In this document: positions 38,481-52,405 of the stretch, piece after piece
Layout of the letters: each line of letters opens with the position of its first letter
Position numbering within the stretch: the first letter of the stretch is position 1
The notes under the pieces: model-generated
Seen by the model: the letters and a program-made list of their open reading frames with translations, nothing else
Told to the model about the DNA's origin: nothing
The model's database searches: none
Assembly (NCBI RefSeq): GCF_009914755.1
Contig: NC_060925.1
Origin: the human T2T-CHM13v2.0 reference genome, Homo sapiens
DNA: 64,000 nucleotides
Reading direction: 5' to 3' (one strand)
Translations under genes and position numbers: made by a program

Positions 38481-38725
38481 GTTAACATACATTGAACAAG
38501 TGCTTTACACCTGACAAATCATGGATTTTTCACATGTAAAATCCCATTCGATTCTTATAATTCTGTCAGAGAGTGTAGCTAGGATAAATATAAAAACACT
38601 GTTTTAACATACCATTAAACCGGAGCTCAGAACTTGAAGGCATTTATCCAGCGTGACCTGGTTTATAAGTGGCAGAAGTGAGATTGGAATCCAGATCTTT
38701 GGTGTCATGTCCTATGTCCTTTCCA
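38480..38725 (-). mobile_element. MIR
   Basis: cccattcgattcttataa..ggagctcagaac..taagtggcagaagtgagattggaatccagatct. Confidence 0.65.
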
Positions 38726-39068
38726 GCATTCCAAACTAGTTGGCCTCACCTACACACACACATTGCTGTGTATACATGCATATATTTATGACAATATATA
38801 TGTATGTCTATATAAATGGCATATATATGCCTTTTCTAATTATCTAAGCATATAATATATAGATGTATATATACATTAGCTCTCCCATTGTAATTATTAC
38901 AATTCTTCTCTATGCCATTCATTGCATTAATCGCAGGATGCCTTGTAATATAGTTAGGTAGGTACTCTTAAGGAAAGAAGAGATGAAAACTACTAGATGA
39001 TGAAAACTGGCAATGTCATCCGTATTTGATTCGGCTTCTTCAGAGTCACATTCTCATATTCCACTTAC

Positions 39069-39236
39069 CCTCCTGGAAACAGTGTAACCACATGACCTGA
39101 GATGCAAACAGACAAGAAGGAGGCCCATGGACCTCATGGACACTGTCCAGGCCTCTCAGAGGGAACTAAACATTGCTTCCATGGAAGTCCAATGTCTTTA
39201 ATACAGTACAATATCTGTACTTTCTGTACTGAATTG
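39069..39236 (-). other. Candidate minus-strand exon, 168 nt, probably non-coding or 5'UTR
   Basis: Minus strand T22-AG acceptor and AGG|GTAAGT donor; stop codons in all three full-length frames. Confidence 0.45.
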
Positions 39237-39896
39237 CTAAAAAAAAAAAAAAAAAAAAAAACCCACAACTTCCATTCAAGTATCAAGCCTAGAATATGAT
39301 GCGTAGTCCCTAAACACTGCAGACCTATTCCTCTATGAAAAGATGTATAAAGTAGATTTTTTTCCTGGTTGTGCGAACTCATCATTGGTATTCATTAGAT
39401 TCAAAAGTGCAACTATACAAAGGCAAGATGCTGGAGAGGAACTGTCAGATCTTTCTGGTTGTGGAAATAGACCCATGTACAATATTTGAAAAGGGTAGTT
39501 TGATTTTTTAAAGCCTGGTTAGGTCAGTAGACTCAAAGAACAGCTTTACAAGTTTACGCTAATGAATGTATTAAGCATGATCATTTGCTAGAATCCTCTG
39601 TAATAAAACCATGTTACTGAACACAAACTCTTAATTTTTTTTTATGTAATTCAATAGTACATATAATAGCAAAGGAGTTAATTTACTTAAGACAAATGCT
39701 GGGTAATTAAGGCAAAATACTTCATTTTCAAATAAATTTGTTTAATTATTATATCTACGTGGAATGCTCAATGCTGTTTAATATCTATGTGCTGCGTTTT
39801 TAATTCTTCTTGGAGCCTAAGGAATGAAGCAATCATTAGTTGTTGTTTTTTTTTATGTGGGTCAACTAATCAAAATTAAAATATTTTCCTATAGGT

Positions 39897-40271
<375 letters not shown>

Positions 40272-40289
40272 TTAAATCTTAAATTTGTC

Positions 40290-41863
40290 AGAAGAATTAA
40301 TATCATTAAAATGACCATATTGCCCAAAGCAATCTACAGATTTGATGCAACCCCTATCAAAATACCAACATTATTTTTCAAATATTAGGAAAAACAATTC
40401 TAAAATGAATATGGAACCCCTGTAAAAGCCCAAACAACCAAAGCAAGGCAGAAAGAACAAAGTTTCAGGCATCAGATTACCTGACCTCAAATACACTACA
40501 AGGCTATATTAACCAAAACAGAAAGGTACTGGTATAAAAATGGACACATAGATCAATGGAACAGTATAGAGAATCCAAAAATAAAGCCAATATATCTACA
40601 GCCGACTGATGTTTGACAAAGTTGACAGAAATATATACTGAGAAAAGGACACCCTTTTCAATAAACAGTGCCAGGAAAAGGAATTGTCATATGCAGAAGA
40701 ATAAAACTGTACCCCTGTCTCTCACCATATAAAAAAATTAACTCAAGAAGAATTGAAGACTTAAATGTAAGATGTGAAACTAAAAAAATACTAGAAAAAA
40801 AACAGGGAAAACTCTTCTGGATATTGGTCTAGGCAAAGAATTCATGACTGAGATCTAAAAAGAAGAAGCAACAAAACCAAAAATAGACAAATGGGACCAA
40901 ATTCAATTAAATTAAAAGGCTTCTGTGAGCAAAACAAATAATCAACATAGTGAACAGACAACCTTCAGAATGGGAGGAAATATTTGCAAACTATGCATTT
41001 GATAGGAGATTGATATCCAGAATCTACAAGGAACTCAAACAACTCAACACAAACAAAAACAAATAGCCCCATTAAAAAGTAGACAAAAAAAACTCAATAG
41101 ACATTTTTCAAAAGAGGACATACAAATGGCCAACAAGCATATGAAAAAAATTCTCCATGTCACTAATCATCACAATAATGTGAATTAAAACCACAGTGGG
41201 ATATTGTCTTATATCAGTCAGAATGGCTGCTATTTAAAAATAAAAAAATAACAGATATTGGTGAGGATGTAGAGAAAAGGGAATGCTTACACATTGTTGA
41301 TGGGAATGTAAATTAGTTCAACCTTTCTGGAAAATAGTATAAAGATTTCTCAAAGAACTGAAAGTAGAACTACCATTTGACCCAGCAAGCCCACTACAAA
41401 GGAAAATAAGTCATTATATCAAAAAGATACCTGCACTCTTATGTTTATCACAGCACAATTCAAAATAGTAAAGACATGGAATCAACCTAAGTGTCTATCA
41501 GTGGATGACTGATAAAAAAAAATGTGGTCTATATATACAATGGGATATATTCTGTCATAAAAAGAGTGAAATCATGTCTTTTGCAGCAACATGAATGAAA
41601 TTGGAGGCCATTATCTTAAGTGAAACAATGCAGAAAGTCAAATACCACATATTCTCACAAGTGGGAGTTAAATAATGTGTACATATGGAAGTAGAATGTG
41701 GAATAATAGAGAGTGGAGACTCAGGAGAGTGGGAAAACGATGAGGGATGAGAAATTAGTTAATGGGTACCATGTATATTATTTGGATGGTGGTTACACTA
41801 AAAGCCCAGACTATATATCCATGTAATAAAACTGTACTTGTATCCGTTGAATTTACAAAAAAA
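40290..41863 (+). mobile_element. L1MA2-like LINE-1, 5' truncated
   Basis: ORF2 C-terminal remnants; 3'UTR gggatgagaaatt..cactaaaagcccagact; TSD aaat(c/g)ttaaatttgtc 40274-40289 / 41864-41879. Confidence 0.9.
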
Positions 41864-42597
41864 AAATGTTAAATTTGTCTCCAGTGAAATAATTTGAAGT
41901 TTAAGTTTCCCAATTATCTAAATGTTTTAAAATATCATTCATTGTTCTCATGAGAATTCCCCTATATAATTATTTTTACATCTAGAAACATCAAATAATA
42001 TTTTCTAAATTGAAAGGAGAGCTTATTTTAAGAAAACCTAGAATATTAAATCTCATATATTAAACTCAGATATATTGAAGATTATCTGAACTAGAATTTT
42101 TTTTCACTTAGCAAAATAGCACTCCTTAGAGAAGATTCAAAATGATTTAAATGTGCAATTATAAAACTTTAAAGTTAGAACAGGACATTTTCATGACACA
42201 ACTATTTTATAAAATAAAGTACACATATTTATTGACTTACTTTTTCCCATACTCAGAAGTTGAAGTATTAAATACAGCAACAGATTTAATACCACCCAGA
42301 ATTGTTTTAAAAGGAAAATGAAACATTTTTGGCACCCTCAATATGCTACGATCCTGAATCCTATTCTAAGTATTACAACATTGGTGGCTAACTAGATATT
42401 CAATTCAACCATTTCCAGAACTAACATTCAATAACAGGAATAAATCTTCTCAATGATGTAACTACCATGGTCTAAAACAAAGCACTTCATACCAAAAACG
42501 GTGATGCGTGATGTTGGCAATTCATGGAAGTATAATGAAATACGGTCTTGAAAAGAAAGAAGTGGGAATATTTGTGAAAATGTTTTATTATTCGACT

Positions 42598-43090
42598 GTG
42601 CATTCATTCAACACACATTTACCAAGCACCTGCTCTGTTCCAGATGCAGTTCCCGCTAGAGACAGAGGCATAATACTGTGTAAGACAGAGCCAGGGTCCT
42701 CAGTGAGGTTTCAATGCAATGGAGGAGGCAACTATGAGAGGAGACAGGTTAATTGGCATCTGCATGGTAAGATCTAAAACAGATGCCCACATAAAGAACC
42801 ACAGGAGCACTGGGACAGAAAACTAGAACGTGTTTCAGGGAGTTGATGGTTTCTTCCAAGAGGTGGTGATTTTTAAGATGGGTTTTAAAGGATGAGAAGA
42901 AATTTCCCAAAGATATGTTGAAAAGCATTCCAGATAGCGGGAATGGCATGTACAGAGGTATGGAAATGTGTTGAATCTGGAAAATTAAGTTTCATTTGCC
43001 TAGAATGAGATGGGGTGTGGAATTTAAAGAAGAAAATAAAAAATAGGGACAAAGAGGTAGCTTCAGTCAGGTTATGAAAATTTATACGAA
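42598..43090 (-). mobile_element. L2 3' region
   Basis: cattcattcaacacacatttaccaagcacctgctctgttccag..gcattccagatagcgggaatggcatgtacagagg. Confidence 0.75.
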
Positions 43091-43566
43091 AAGTTAATTT
43101 ACTTTGTTGTACTTTCATGCATAAATAAACACTCAAAATTTACCCTTGAGGAAAATGGTAAGTGAGAAGAAGGTATGAGGAAGGATATTCTTTCTTTGTT
43201 TTGTTCAGGAAATACAGTATTCATCTTATAATTTTCTTCCAGGTCAGAGTAGCATGTGAAACAGGCCTTTGCTGAACAGGTCCTTGGTGGTCAGCTCTTG
43301 GCAGGATGCACAGAGGCCTTCTCCCCATCCTTAGTGCTTGAACACTTACTGCCTCATTGGGTTATGAAATGCAGATTGTCTCTTGCTGTGCTACTGTACA
43401 AATGCAATATCATTGTATCTTTTTGGGTGTCTTTCTCTTTCCCCAATTATTATACTAACTCATTGAAGGCATAGACTACCTTGTACTATTTTTATTTTTC
43501 AAAGTAACTAACACATTTACTTCACAACCTGTTAGCCACATAATTTCAAGCCTAAGTCTAATATTA

Positions 43567-43884
43567 TAGTAGTTCCCCCTTATCTGCAGATGATACATCC
43601 CAAGATCCCCAGTGGATGCCTGAAACCACAGATATTACGGAGCCCCTTATACACTGTGTTTTTTTCCTATACATACATAACTATGATAAAGTTTAATTAT
43701 AAATTAGGCACAGTAAGAGATAAATAACAAACTAACAATAAAATAGAACAATTATAAGAATATACTGTAATAAAAGTTATGTGAATGTGGTCTCTCTCTC
43801 TCTCTATCCTATTGTACTTAACTTATATTCTGACCACAGCTGGGTACAGGTAACTGAAACTATAAAAAAAAGGAGGAGCTACTG
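43567..43884 (+). mobile_element. Tigger3a/MER7A MITE
   Basis: TIRs tagtagttcccccttatc / aaggaggagctactg, TA TSDs, internal ccccagtggatgcctgaaacc..aaattaggcacagtaagaga. Confidence 0.9.
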
Positions 43885-43969
43885 TAATTGGTTTTAGAAG
43901 AGTGACTTTATTGACATTTAGAATTTGTATATTTAAACTTTTCTATGCTTTTATAATGGGCTCCTGCAA

Positions 43970-44770
43970 CAAAATAAATGATGGTATTGAATTACAATAA
44001 ACAAGCAGAAAAAAGAAATATTCATGAATCCTTATTTATATGTTTATATCCATAATAGAGATAAAATAAATGAGAGAAGAGGCTGCTGTTTCTTCCTGTA
44101 GTATCGCAATTAATAAAGTAACAGGAATGATGAAACTTAAAAATTACCATTAGGCAAACACCATAGAAATAAGTGTTACAGGCAAGAATCATCAATAGAT
44201 GCTAAAATAGGAAGATACTTATTGATTAAAAAGAGGGAAAGAGTAACTTCACAATGAAGAAACCTGGCAGAAACCACCTTTACCAAATATTCCAAGTTAC
44301 TATCACAGGTAATAAGTTATATCGACATCACACCTGGTATGATACACTGAGAATGTCACCTTACTTTCAGTGTTCTAGCCAAAAATGCTTAATGTAAATC
44401 CAATCGTGAGAAAACTGAAAACAGAAATTGCGGGATATTCTACAGAATGATCCACCAGCACTCTTCCAACGCATCAAGGTCATGAAAGATCATGCCACAA
44501 TTAGGGGAAACAGAGGACAACTAAGTGCAAGATGGTAAATGTCCGGAAGAAGGACACTAGTGGAACAATGGGTCAACATCTAATAAGGTCTGGAGCCTCA
44601 TTAATAGATTGTATCAATATTAATTTCCCTGTTTCTGTAATTACACTATGGCTATATAGTATGTGGACAATAGGGTAATCCGGTGACGGGAATATGAAAA
44701 CTGCACTGTTTTCGCAACTTTTAAAAATATCTAAATACATTTGAAAATAGAAAATTGTTTAAAAATGCTA
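43970..44770 (+). mobile_element. L1MC4-like 3' end
   Basis: caggcaagaatcatcaatagatgctaaa..agtaacttcacaatgaagaaacctggcaga..ttttcgcaactttt. Confidence 0.8.
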
Positions 44771-45292
44771 AATAGGCTCCAGTTACACATTGAACACAAA
44801 CCCACAAGCAACTATATCTTCTTGGTAACTGTAATTAGATTATCTAACTTTCACGTTGCAATTCTTTTAGCAAAAAACTTTGCATTGGATAAAGGTGATA
44901 TAATGTAAATTCACAATAATTAACTTCCTCCCTTAGAAGCAAAGCTTTCTAGCAGGAGATTTAGTTCTCTTCCACTACTAATGAAGATGGTCACAGGTAG
45001 TGTAATACATAGTTTTTAGGGAAAAGAAAATAACAAAATTTAAAAGGCAGAAAACTCTATAAAGGCAAAAACATTATTAATCTTGAAGTATTTACTGAGT
45101 ACATATGTGCTAATTAACTTGGCCAAGATAAAGAAGCAGAATACATAGTCTTTGAACTTGAGACCTTCATAATCTAGTCCAGGAGACAGGATGGACATCT
45201 GTGAACAATAGCTTATGTCAGAATAAAACTTATTCCCCAGTCCTAATAATTCTACATGGAGGCACCTCCTCTGGAGTAATACTCTTGGCTAC

Positions 45293-45978
<686 letters not shown>

Positions 45979-46691
45979 GCTACCTTGAAAGAAGACTGAC
46001 TGGTGAGTTTCAGAGAGGTACTGAGCAAGTGCAGCTCTGCTCAGCCCCACCCTTCTCTATTGTACACATGAGTTCTGCCTATCCATAGCAAAGGTGCACT
46101 CTCACCCGATCTTTTGGCCAAATGATAAACTTAGCAAAACAGTCTCTGCTTCATTAGACGCAGAGGAAGTAGGACCTCTGTGACCAGGTAGATAAGCCAG
46201 ATTAATCAGGGTGAACGATTAGCAAGCCCACTTTGCCAAAAGCTTTCCCCAGTGAAGTTTTATCAGTTAAAATACACCAAAAAGCTAAGGTTTTGAATTC
46301 AATCTGCCTGATCCTTGTGCCTATGTCTCAACTGGTTCTGAATGAGTGGGGGAAAAGAGTTACTTTTGCTTGGGCCTCCTAGTGCCACAAAGTCATACTC
46401 ATATATCTCACTTGTCGGTCATATTACATAATATATACAAGACAGCATAATAAAATATTTCTTAGAAACCAGTCTGCTACAAAGTGTTTAAATACCATCT
46501 CACAAACATGAGTTTGTGAACCTCAGTGCCTTATCTATACAAAACAGATGATTAAGTAATTATTTCATCTCCAGCGAACAAAATTGTTTCACATAATTGC
46601 TTCCTATTTGGCTATTCATTTCAAATTCGAGTCACAAATAATGAAGCAAATAATCTCATTTTTAGTATAGTTTTTGTAGTAAAATTTTTTG

Positions 46692-46889
46692 CTTTGTTTT
46701 GCCCCTTGGCTAGCTTGCTCTCACTATGGCACCCTTAACTGTCTCTCCAGTAGCCACAGGAAGTAACAAAAGAAAAAGAGTGATGAACTACAAACTTTCT
46801 CAGTTTCATGAGAAGTACCTCAGGAACAAGAGGGTAATCCTCCTGTAGTGTAACCCAAAGCTGACATAAATTGGATGCTTCCATGGGGA
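46692..46889 (+). repeat. Copy 1 of 198-bp dispersed direct repeat
   Basis: ~93% identical by hand alignment to 49483-49680. Confidence 0.95.
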
Positions 46890-48243
46890 TTTATAGATGT
46901 GAATGATACCAAAACATCATGAAAATTAGACACTACTTCAGTAATTGTATTTGCACACTTAATTTAATCTGTCATAAGTTAGTACTATTTCTGCAAACCA
47001 ACATCAGTAGTTAATTACCACTATTAATTTCAAAAGCAATTGATCTTCAGTGCTGATAAAATATCTTCAATGATGATACAATAGGAATTGAGAAGGCAAA
47101 ATAATAATAAATATATACTTTGATACACAGATTTGAATGCTTTTCACTTTAAGTTTAAAACTGAAAATAATATCAACACCATTTATTTAAAACATTAGTA
47201 TTCCATATTATAATCTTTAAAGCTGGCTTGTTATGCTGTATGTAGTATTTATACTAACATGCTAAATGATTTTTACATCTTTTAGACTTTGTCAAACTAA
47301 TCTGCATGTACAGATTACAAAACGTGATCTGTTTCTGAATGACTCATTTGTTAGTGCTCAGAAGTAGAAAGAATCCTTTGGCAATAATTAACAAGGTATG
47401 CTTTGTGCATATTAGCACATAAAGATTAAATTTTTAACACAACTTCATTTCATGCTGAAACAAATCCCATTGTGCTAACTCTATGCTAAGCTATGGCATC
47501 TTATTCATTATTACCTAATTAACCTACTAATAGCCACATCATAAGAGTTTGTGTCCATAATTATGTTAGATATTGGTTTAAAATGCAATTAAAGGAATGC
47601 AATCACATAGATTTCTGAAATCGATTTGGGAAACCAAATTCTTGCAATTCATGCAGAAGAAAATGCCCTGCCTTTTGGATATTGTTCATTGCAGCACGTT
47701 ATTCATTTCTTAGAGTTTCCATTTTCATCTACATATTCCATAATGGAAGGCAATATTCATGGATATTTAAGGGCAAACACTAAATAATCAGTAATGAATA
47801 CATAAAACATATTTATTGTTTTATATTATCTTTAAAAATAACCCTGCCTAAGTAGAAGTAGAAAGTTTTGAAAGCAAAACTCTGAGAACAACAAAAAATT
47901 GGATTACTTATAAAGTTCATCACAATGTTCAGGAAAGAGAAGTTATCCATGAGAATGCTGTAGTATTATTAAAGCTCAAAATTTGTTGCTTTAATAATAA
48001 TCTATAGTTTATATCTAAATTTCTTTTGAAGTCATCTTTCCACTCAAATTACAGAGATGCCAATTGATTTTTTAAATCTGACTGATGAGCTTGTACTTAT
48101 TTTCCATAAAACATTTTACAATTGGGACAGATGGTCAGTTTTCTGTTTCCCCAGCAGTATAATAAAGGATTGCCAGCCCGAAAGTACTAGCAACAGTAAA
48201 AACTAACAGAAGCCTCAGCTAGTTGCTGCTACTGCATAGCTTA

Positions 48244-48257
48244 CCACTAGATGTCCT
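48244..48257 (+). promoter_or_regulatory. Possible CTCF core motif
   Basis: CCACTAGATGTCCT versus consensus CCAC(C/T)AG(A/G)(G/T)GGC; motif only. Confidence 0.35.
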
Positions 48258-48520
48258 GTGGACTAAGCAAGAAGAAAAGTGGTGCATATATTTTCATTTT
48301 TATCCTAGCAGTGGATGTTTCTGATTTTAATAACGTAGCTCTGGACTTCCAAAGTAGCTGGCCAACCATTTTCTGCTACATTTCCTATTGACACAGGCAA
48401 AATAAAACACAGCAATGCAGGTTATGTAATGAAGCCCAGCATGGCATTTGTCGTGCTTGCAAATAATTATAAAAGTATGATTGAAGTATTTATCCCAGAA
48501 TCTTTCATAATGAGGAAGGA

Positions 48521-48522
<2 letters not shown>

Positions 48523-48555
<33 letters not shown>
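48523..48555. repeat. (AC)16 microsatellite
   Basis: Direct read. Confidence 0.95.
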
Positions 48556-48557
<2 letters not shown>

Positions 48558-49482
48558 TCCCTTATTGCAAAGACAGATCTTTTAATTAAGCTTCATTTTT
48601 CTCATTTAGCAGGCTCAACAGGCTGTCTTGTTATAGATTCCTTCCTTTTCTGAGAAGGGTAATACATGGGTATAACAAAACAATTATAGCTTGTTCAGAG
48701 GAACCATTCACACTGTGTTATCTTCCATGACTGCTAAGCAAATTAAGGTTGAAATTTTTCTGTCAATTTGGGTGATTATTATGATGAATCTGTGAAGCAC
48801 AGAAGGTATTTAAAAGCAGTGTGATGCCTTTCTAAAATTCCACCTACTAACAAGGCATAAAACTACCTGCAGATACCAATAATGTGTGCCAAAGTATAAT
48901 GTGGAATGGTGTCTTTAGCTCCAATTGTTTCAGTATGGCACTCGGTCTGGGGAAATCTGGCAATGCATCCACTCAAATCCCCAGAGTTGTCAGGAAAGGA
49001 AATAGAGGAATAAGCTGTTCACAGTGGTGCTTGGTGAGAATCCCACAGAGATGAGGGCAAACAACAAATGCCATCCCTGGCAGCATTGTGACATGCTGGC
49101 AGGACAGGAACCTTGACATGAATGCCAAGGCTAGGGGTAACCATCACCAACATCTACAACTCCCCAAATCTACTCTTTTTGGAATTTGATTAAATGTGGT
49201 GAAAAACATTTTTGAGTGAAAAAATACAAGCAAATAGAGATGATTTAAAATTTTTAGAAACGTTGCAGCGTCTTACAAAAATATTTTTTAATGCCATTGG
49301 CCTTCCTGGACATATGTGTTGGCTGTGTTAGGATAGTGCAGAATTATCCTATCAGACATAGGGAAGTCATGAAACCAAGCTGACTAAATGAGATTCCGGG
49401 TGAAAGTAACCCTGGAAGCCCACAAACCAAAGGGTCTCTTTTTTCTTAAATGAGTGGATTAGAGCTCTCCCAAGACAATTGA

Positions 49483-49680
49483 CTTTGTTTTGCCCCTTGG
49501 CTAGCTAGCTGTCACTGTAGCACCCTTAACTATCACTCCACTAGCCACAGGAAGTAACAAAAGAAAAAGTGATGAACTACAAACTTTCTCAGTTTTACTG
49601 AGAAGTACCTCAGGAACAGGAGGGTAATCCTCCCGTAGTGTAACCCAAAGCTGACATAAATTAGGTTGCTTCCATGGGGA
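49483..49680 (+). repeat. Copy 2 of 198-bp dispersed direct repeat
   Basis: ~93% identical by hand alignment to 46692-46889. Confidence 0.95.
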
Positions 49681-51079
49681 CTGACCGCTAAGAGGACCTG
49701 CTTGAAAATGACTTTTCTGAATCACTTTTCTGCTTCTAAGATCTTTGAGCTGTTGATTTCTCAGGGCCAAAGAGAAAAAGTTGGAAGGAAAGAAAAGAGG
49801 GGATGGGGAACAGAGACTCATTCTTTTATTCATTTATTGAACAAATATTTATTGTGCACCTATGTGTGGTGCATTTTGTCAAAGCTGATTTTGTATTCCC
49901 TTGCACTGGTGCAGAACAATTAGAGAAGAATTCAAAATGCAACTTTACATTCAATAACACACGAAGTAAAAGGGAATACTGAAATACTAGGGGAGAAGAG
50001 AGGTAGAAAATGTTTTATTCTACAGTATGTAGTTTTGAGTCACTGAAATTGACATACACTTTCCTGCCTCCATTCCTTTGTTCATGGTAAGCTATCTCTC
50101 TAGAAACCTGCATTTATCCATCTTTGCTTATTGAAATTTTGTCTACTTTCAGGGCCTATTTTGCAAGCTAGCTCCTGTGTGGAGCTTTTTCAGATTTTCT
50201 CATCTATATATGATTTATATATCATTTGAAGAATGATAATTCCTAGTTGATACTTCTTTATTACTGTGACTTTATTTCATCATATACTATTAATAAAATA
50301 GTTTTTTCCTCATAAGCAAATAGTATTAATGTCCTTAAGGACAGGTCACTTTTTGTAAAGACTTGAACGGCCTATATGAAATAAACCATTGACTTGAATG
50401 AATTTACCTATGGTTTCTCAGAGTTGTTGCACGATCAATACTAGAAACCAAGGCTCGAGACATCCTGCCCCTTTCTAGGCCCACTCTGTCCCTCTGTTTC
50501 GGGGTTGATTTGTAAATTAGCTATTTAACATTACGACCAAAACACTTTTCCAAATGGAGATTTAAATCTATCTCAATATACTAGATGAAATCCAAACTAT
50601 TTATTCATAGCTCTGTCTTTGGGGAAGAATTAGAAGACTAATTGTTGTAACACGTTATTACCTCAAAGGGATTTTTGAGATTAATTCTGAAATAATGAAC
50701 AGCCTAAGTTCTAATTTTTGAATAAAAATTTTATTTACAGGCAAATTGTTTAAAATGGTGAAGCAAAAATACTAATAAAGTACTGATTTAAGCTAGAAAC
50801 AGTCATACAACCTCTTTTTAAAAGATCTGTTTAACCAGACCAGTAGTTCTTAGATCAATAATTCATTGATCAGATTACTCCGTAGTTGTTTACTTGATAT
50901 ACTTAGATAATGGAAATAATTAGAATCATGAAAAATACTTGAGTTGTTTGGTCAATTGCAATTGTGTGATCATTCACTTGACTGCTCAGTCAAGTCCTTA
51001 TGATATTAGCATAAGTCACCCTATTTTGATTGATTTGAAGAAATTCCAAGTTTTTAATAACAGCACTGCTTTCTTCATA

Positions 51080-51242
51080 GAATGTATTGTAAACTTTTTG
51101 TTTTTGCTTTTTGTTGTCTCCTTAATTAGACTGTAAATTCCAATAATGCAGAGACCTTACCTGTTTTTCTAACTGCTATTCCCCATAGGACATGCACAAT
51201 AGGTATTCAGTTATTGTTCTGTGAATAAATATGAATGAATTG
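51080..51242 (+). mobile_element. L2 3' end
   Basis: attagactgtaaattcc..gcagagacct..gcacaataggtattcag..tgaatgaat. Confidence 0.65.
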
Positions 51243-51698
51243 AGCAAAAATTTGGAAGCTAAAATTTCTAGATAAATTCATTATGTGGTCTAAATCTACT
51301 AAACGTGGAGGACAGTTAAAAAGCAAAAAATTCAGCCCATCAGTTAATTGGTATGCCATCCCTCTCCCAAGTAAATCACTGAATTATTTTATTGGATTTT
51401 ATTTTTTTAGTTCATATCAACCAAGTCCAAGGAGAAATGACCTTCTAGTAAGCCAGGCTGTATCTAATAACATAAATGGCAAGACCTTTTAGAAATTTTA
51501 ACACAAGCAAGCTGTTTATATAGTCATATAGGAATTTTATGCTTAAAACAAAATCAATATTTCTGTACTTTCAAAATACCATCTTTACCTAGTGTGTGAA
51601 TCTCCATTACAAGGATTAAGTAAACCAGAATCAATAAACATAAGTAATCACTTATACTGCAAATTGATACTGCAAAGCTATTAAATAGAGAGTTGTTT

Positions 51699-51787
51699 TA
51701 CATATATATATATGCATATATAAATATGCATATATATATATATGCATATATATATATATATACATAGAGAGAGAGAGAGAGAGAGAG
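51699..51787. repeat. (TA)n interrupted by TGCA, followed by (GA)n
   Basis: Direct read. Confidence 0.93.
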
Positions 51788-52076
51788 GATAGTATCATAA
51801 TAATGAAATGAAAATGGCAACTATCTTCCTTCCTTCCCCCTCCAATCCACACACACACAAAGAATGAACATTAGCTTGGTACATACAGGCTGCTAGATGA
51901 GAAACGTCCCTTTTTTAAAATTAAAATGACATCCTAGATTCTATAGTAGAGGAAAAAATTAGAATATATTTTAAGAAGACAAAATTTCAGACATCTCTGT
52001 GATTGTTTATTATCATGCTCTTTCATATGTATGGACTCAGAAAAGTTCATTAAGACAATATTTATATAGGATATCA

Positions 52077-52405
<329 letters not shown>

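Noticed and set aside
38998-39100. C/D box snoRNA (ATGATGA..CTGA)
   Set aside because: No terminal stem or recognisable guide; motifs are common in AT-rich DNA.
46255-46310. tRNA-derived MamSINE-like head
   Set aside because: Similarity too short and degenerate to support.
46692-49680. Direct repeats as LTRs of a novel retroelement
   Set aside because: No TSD, identity does not end at TG..CA, no PBS/PPT asymmetry and no internal coding remnants.
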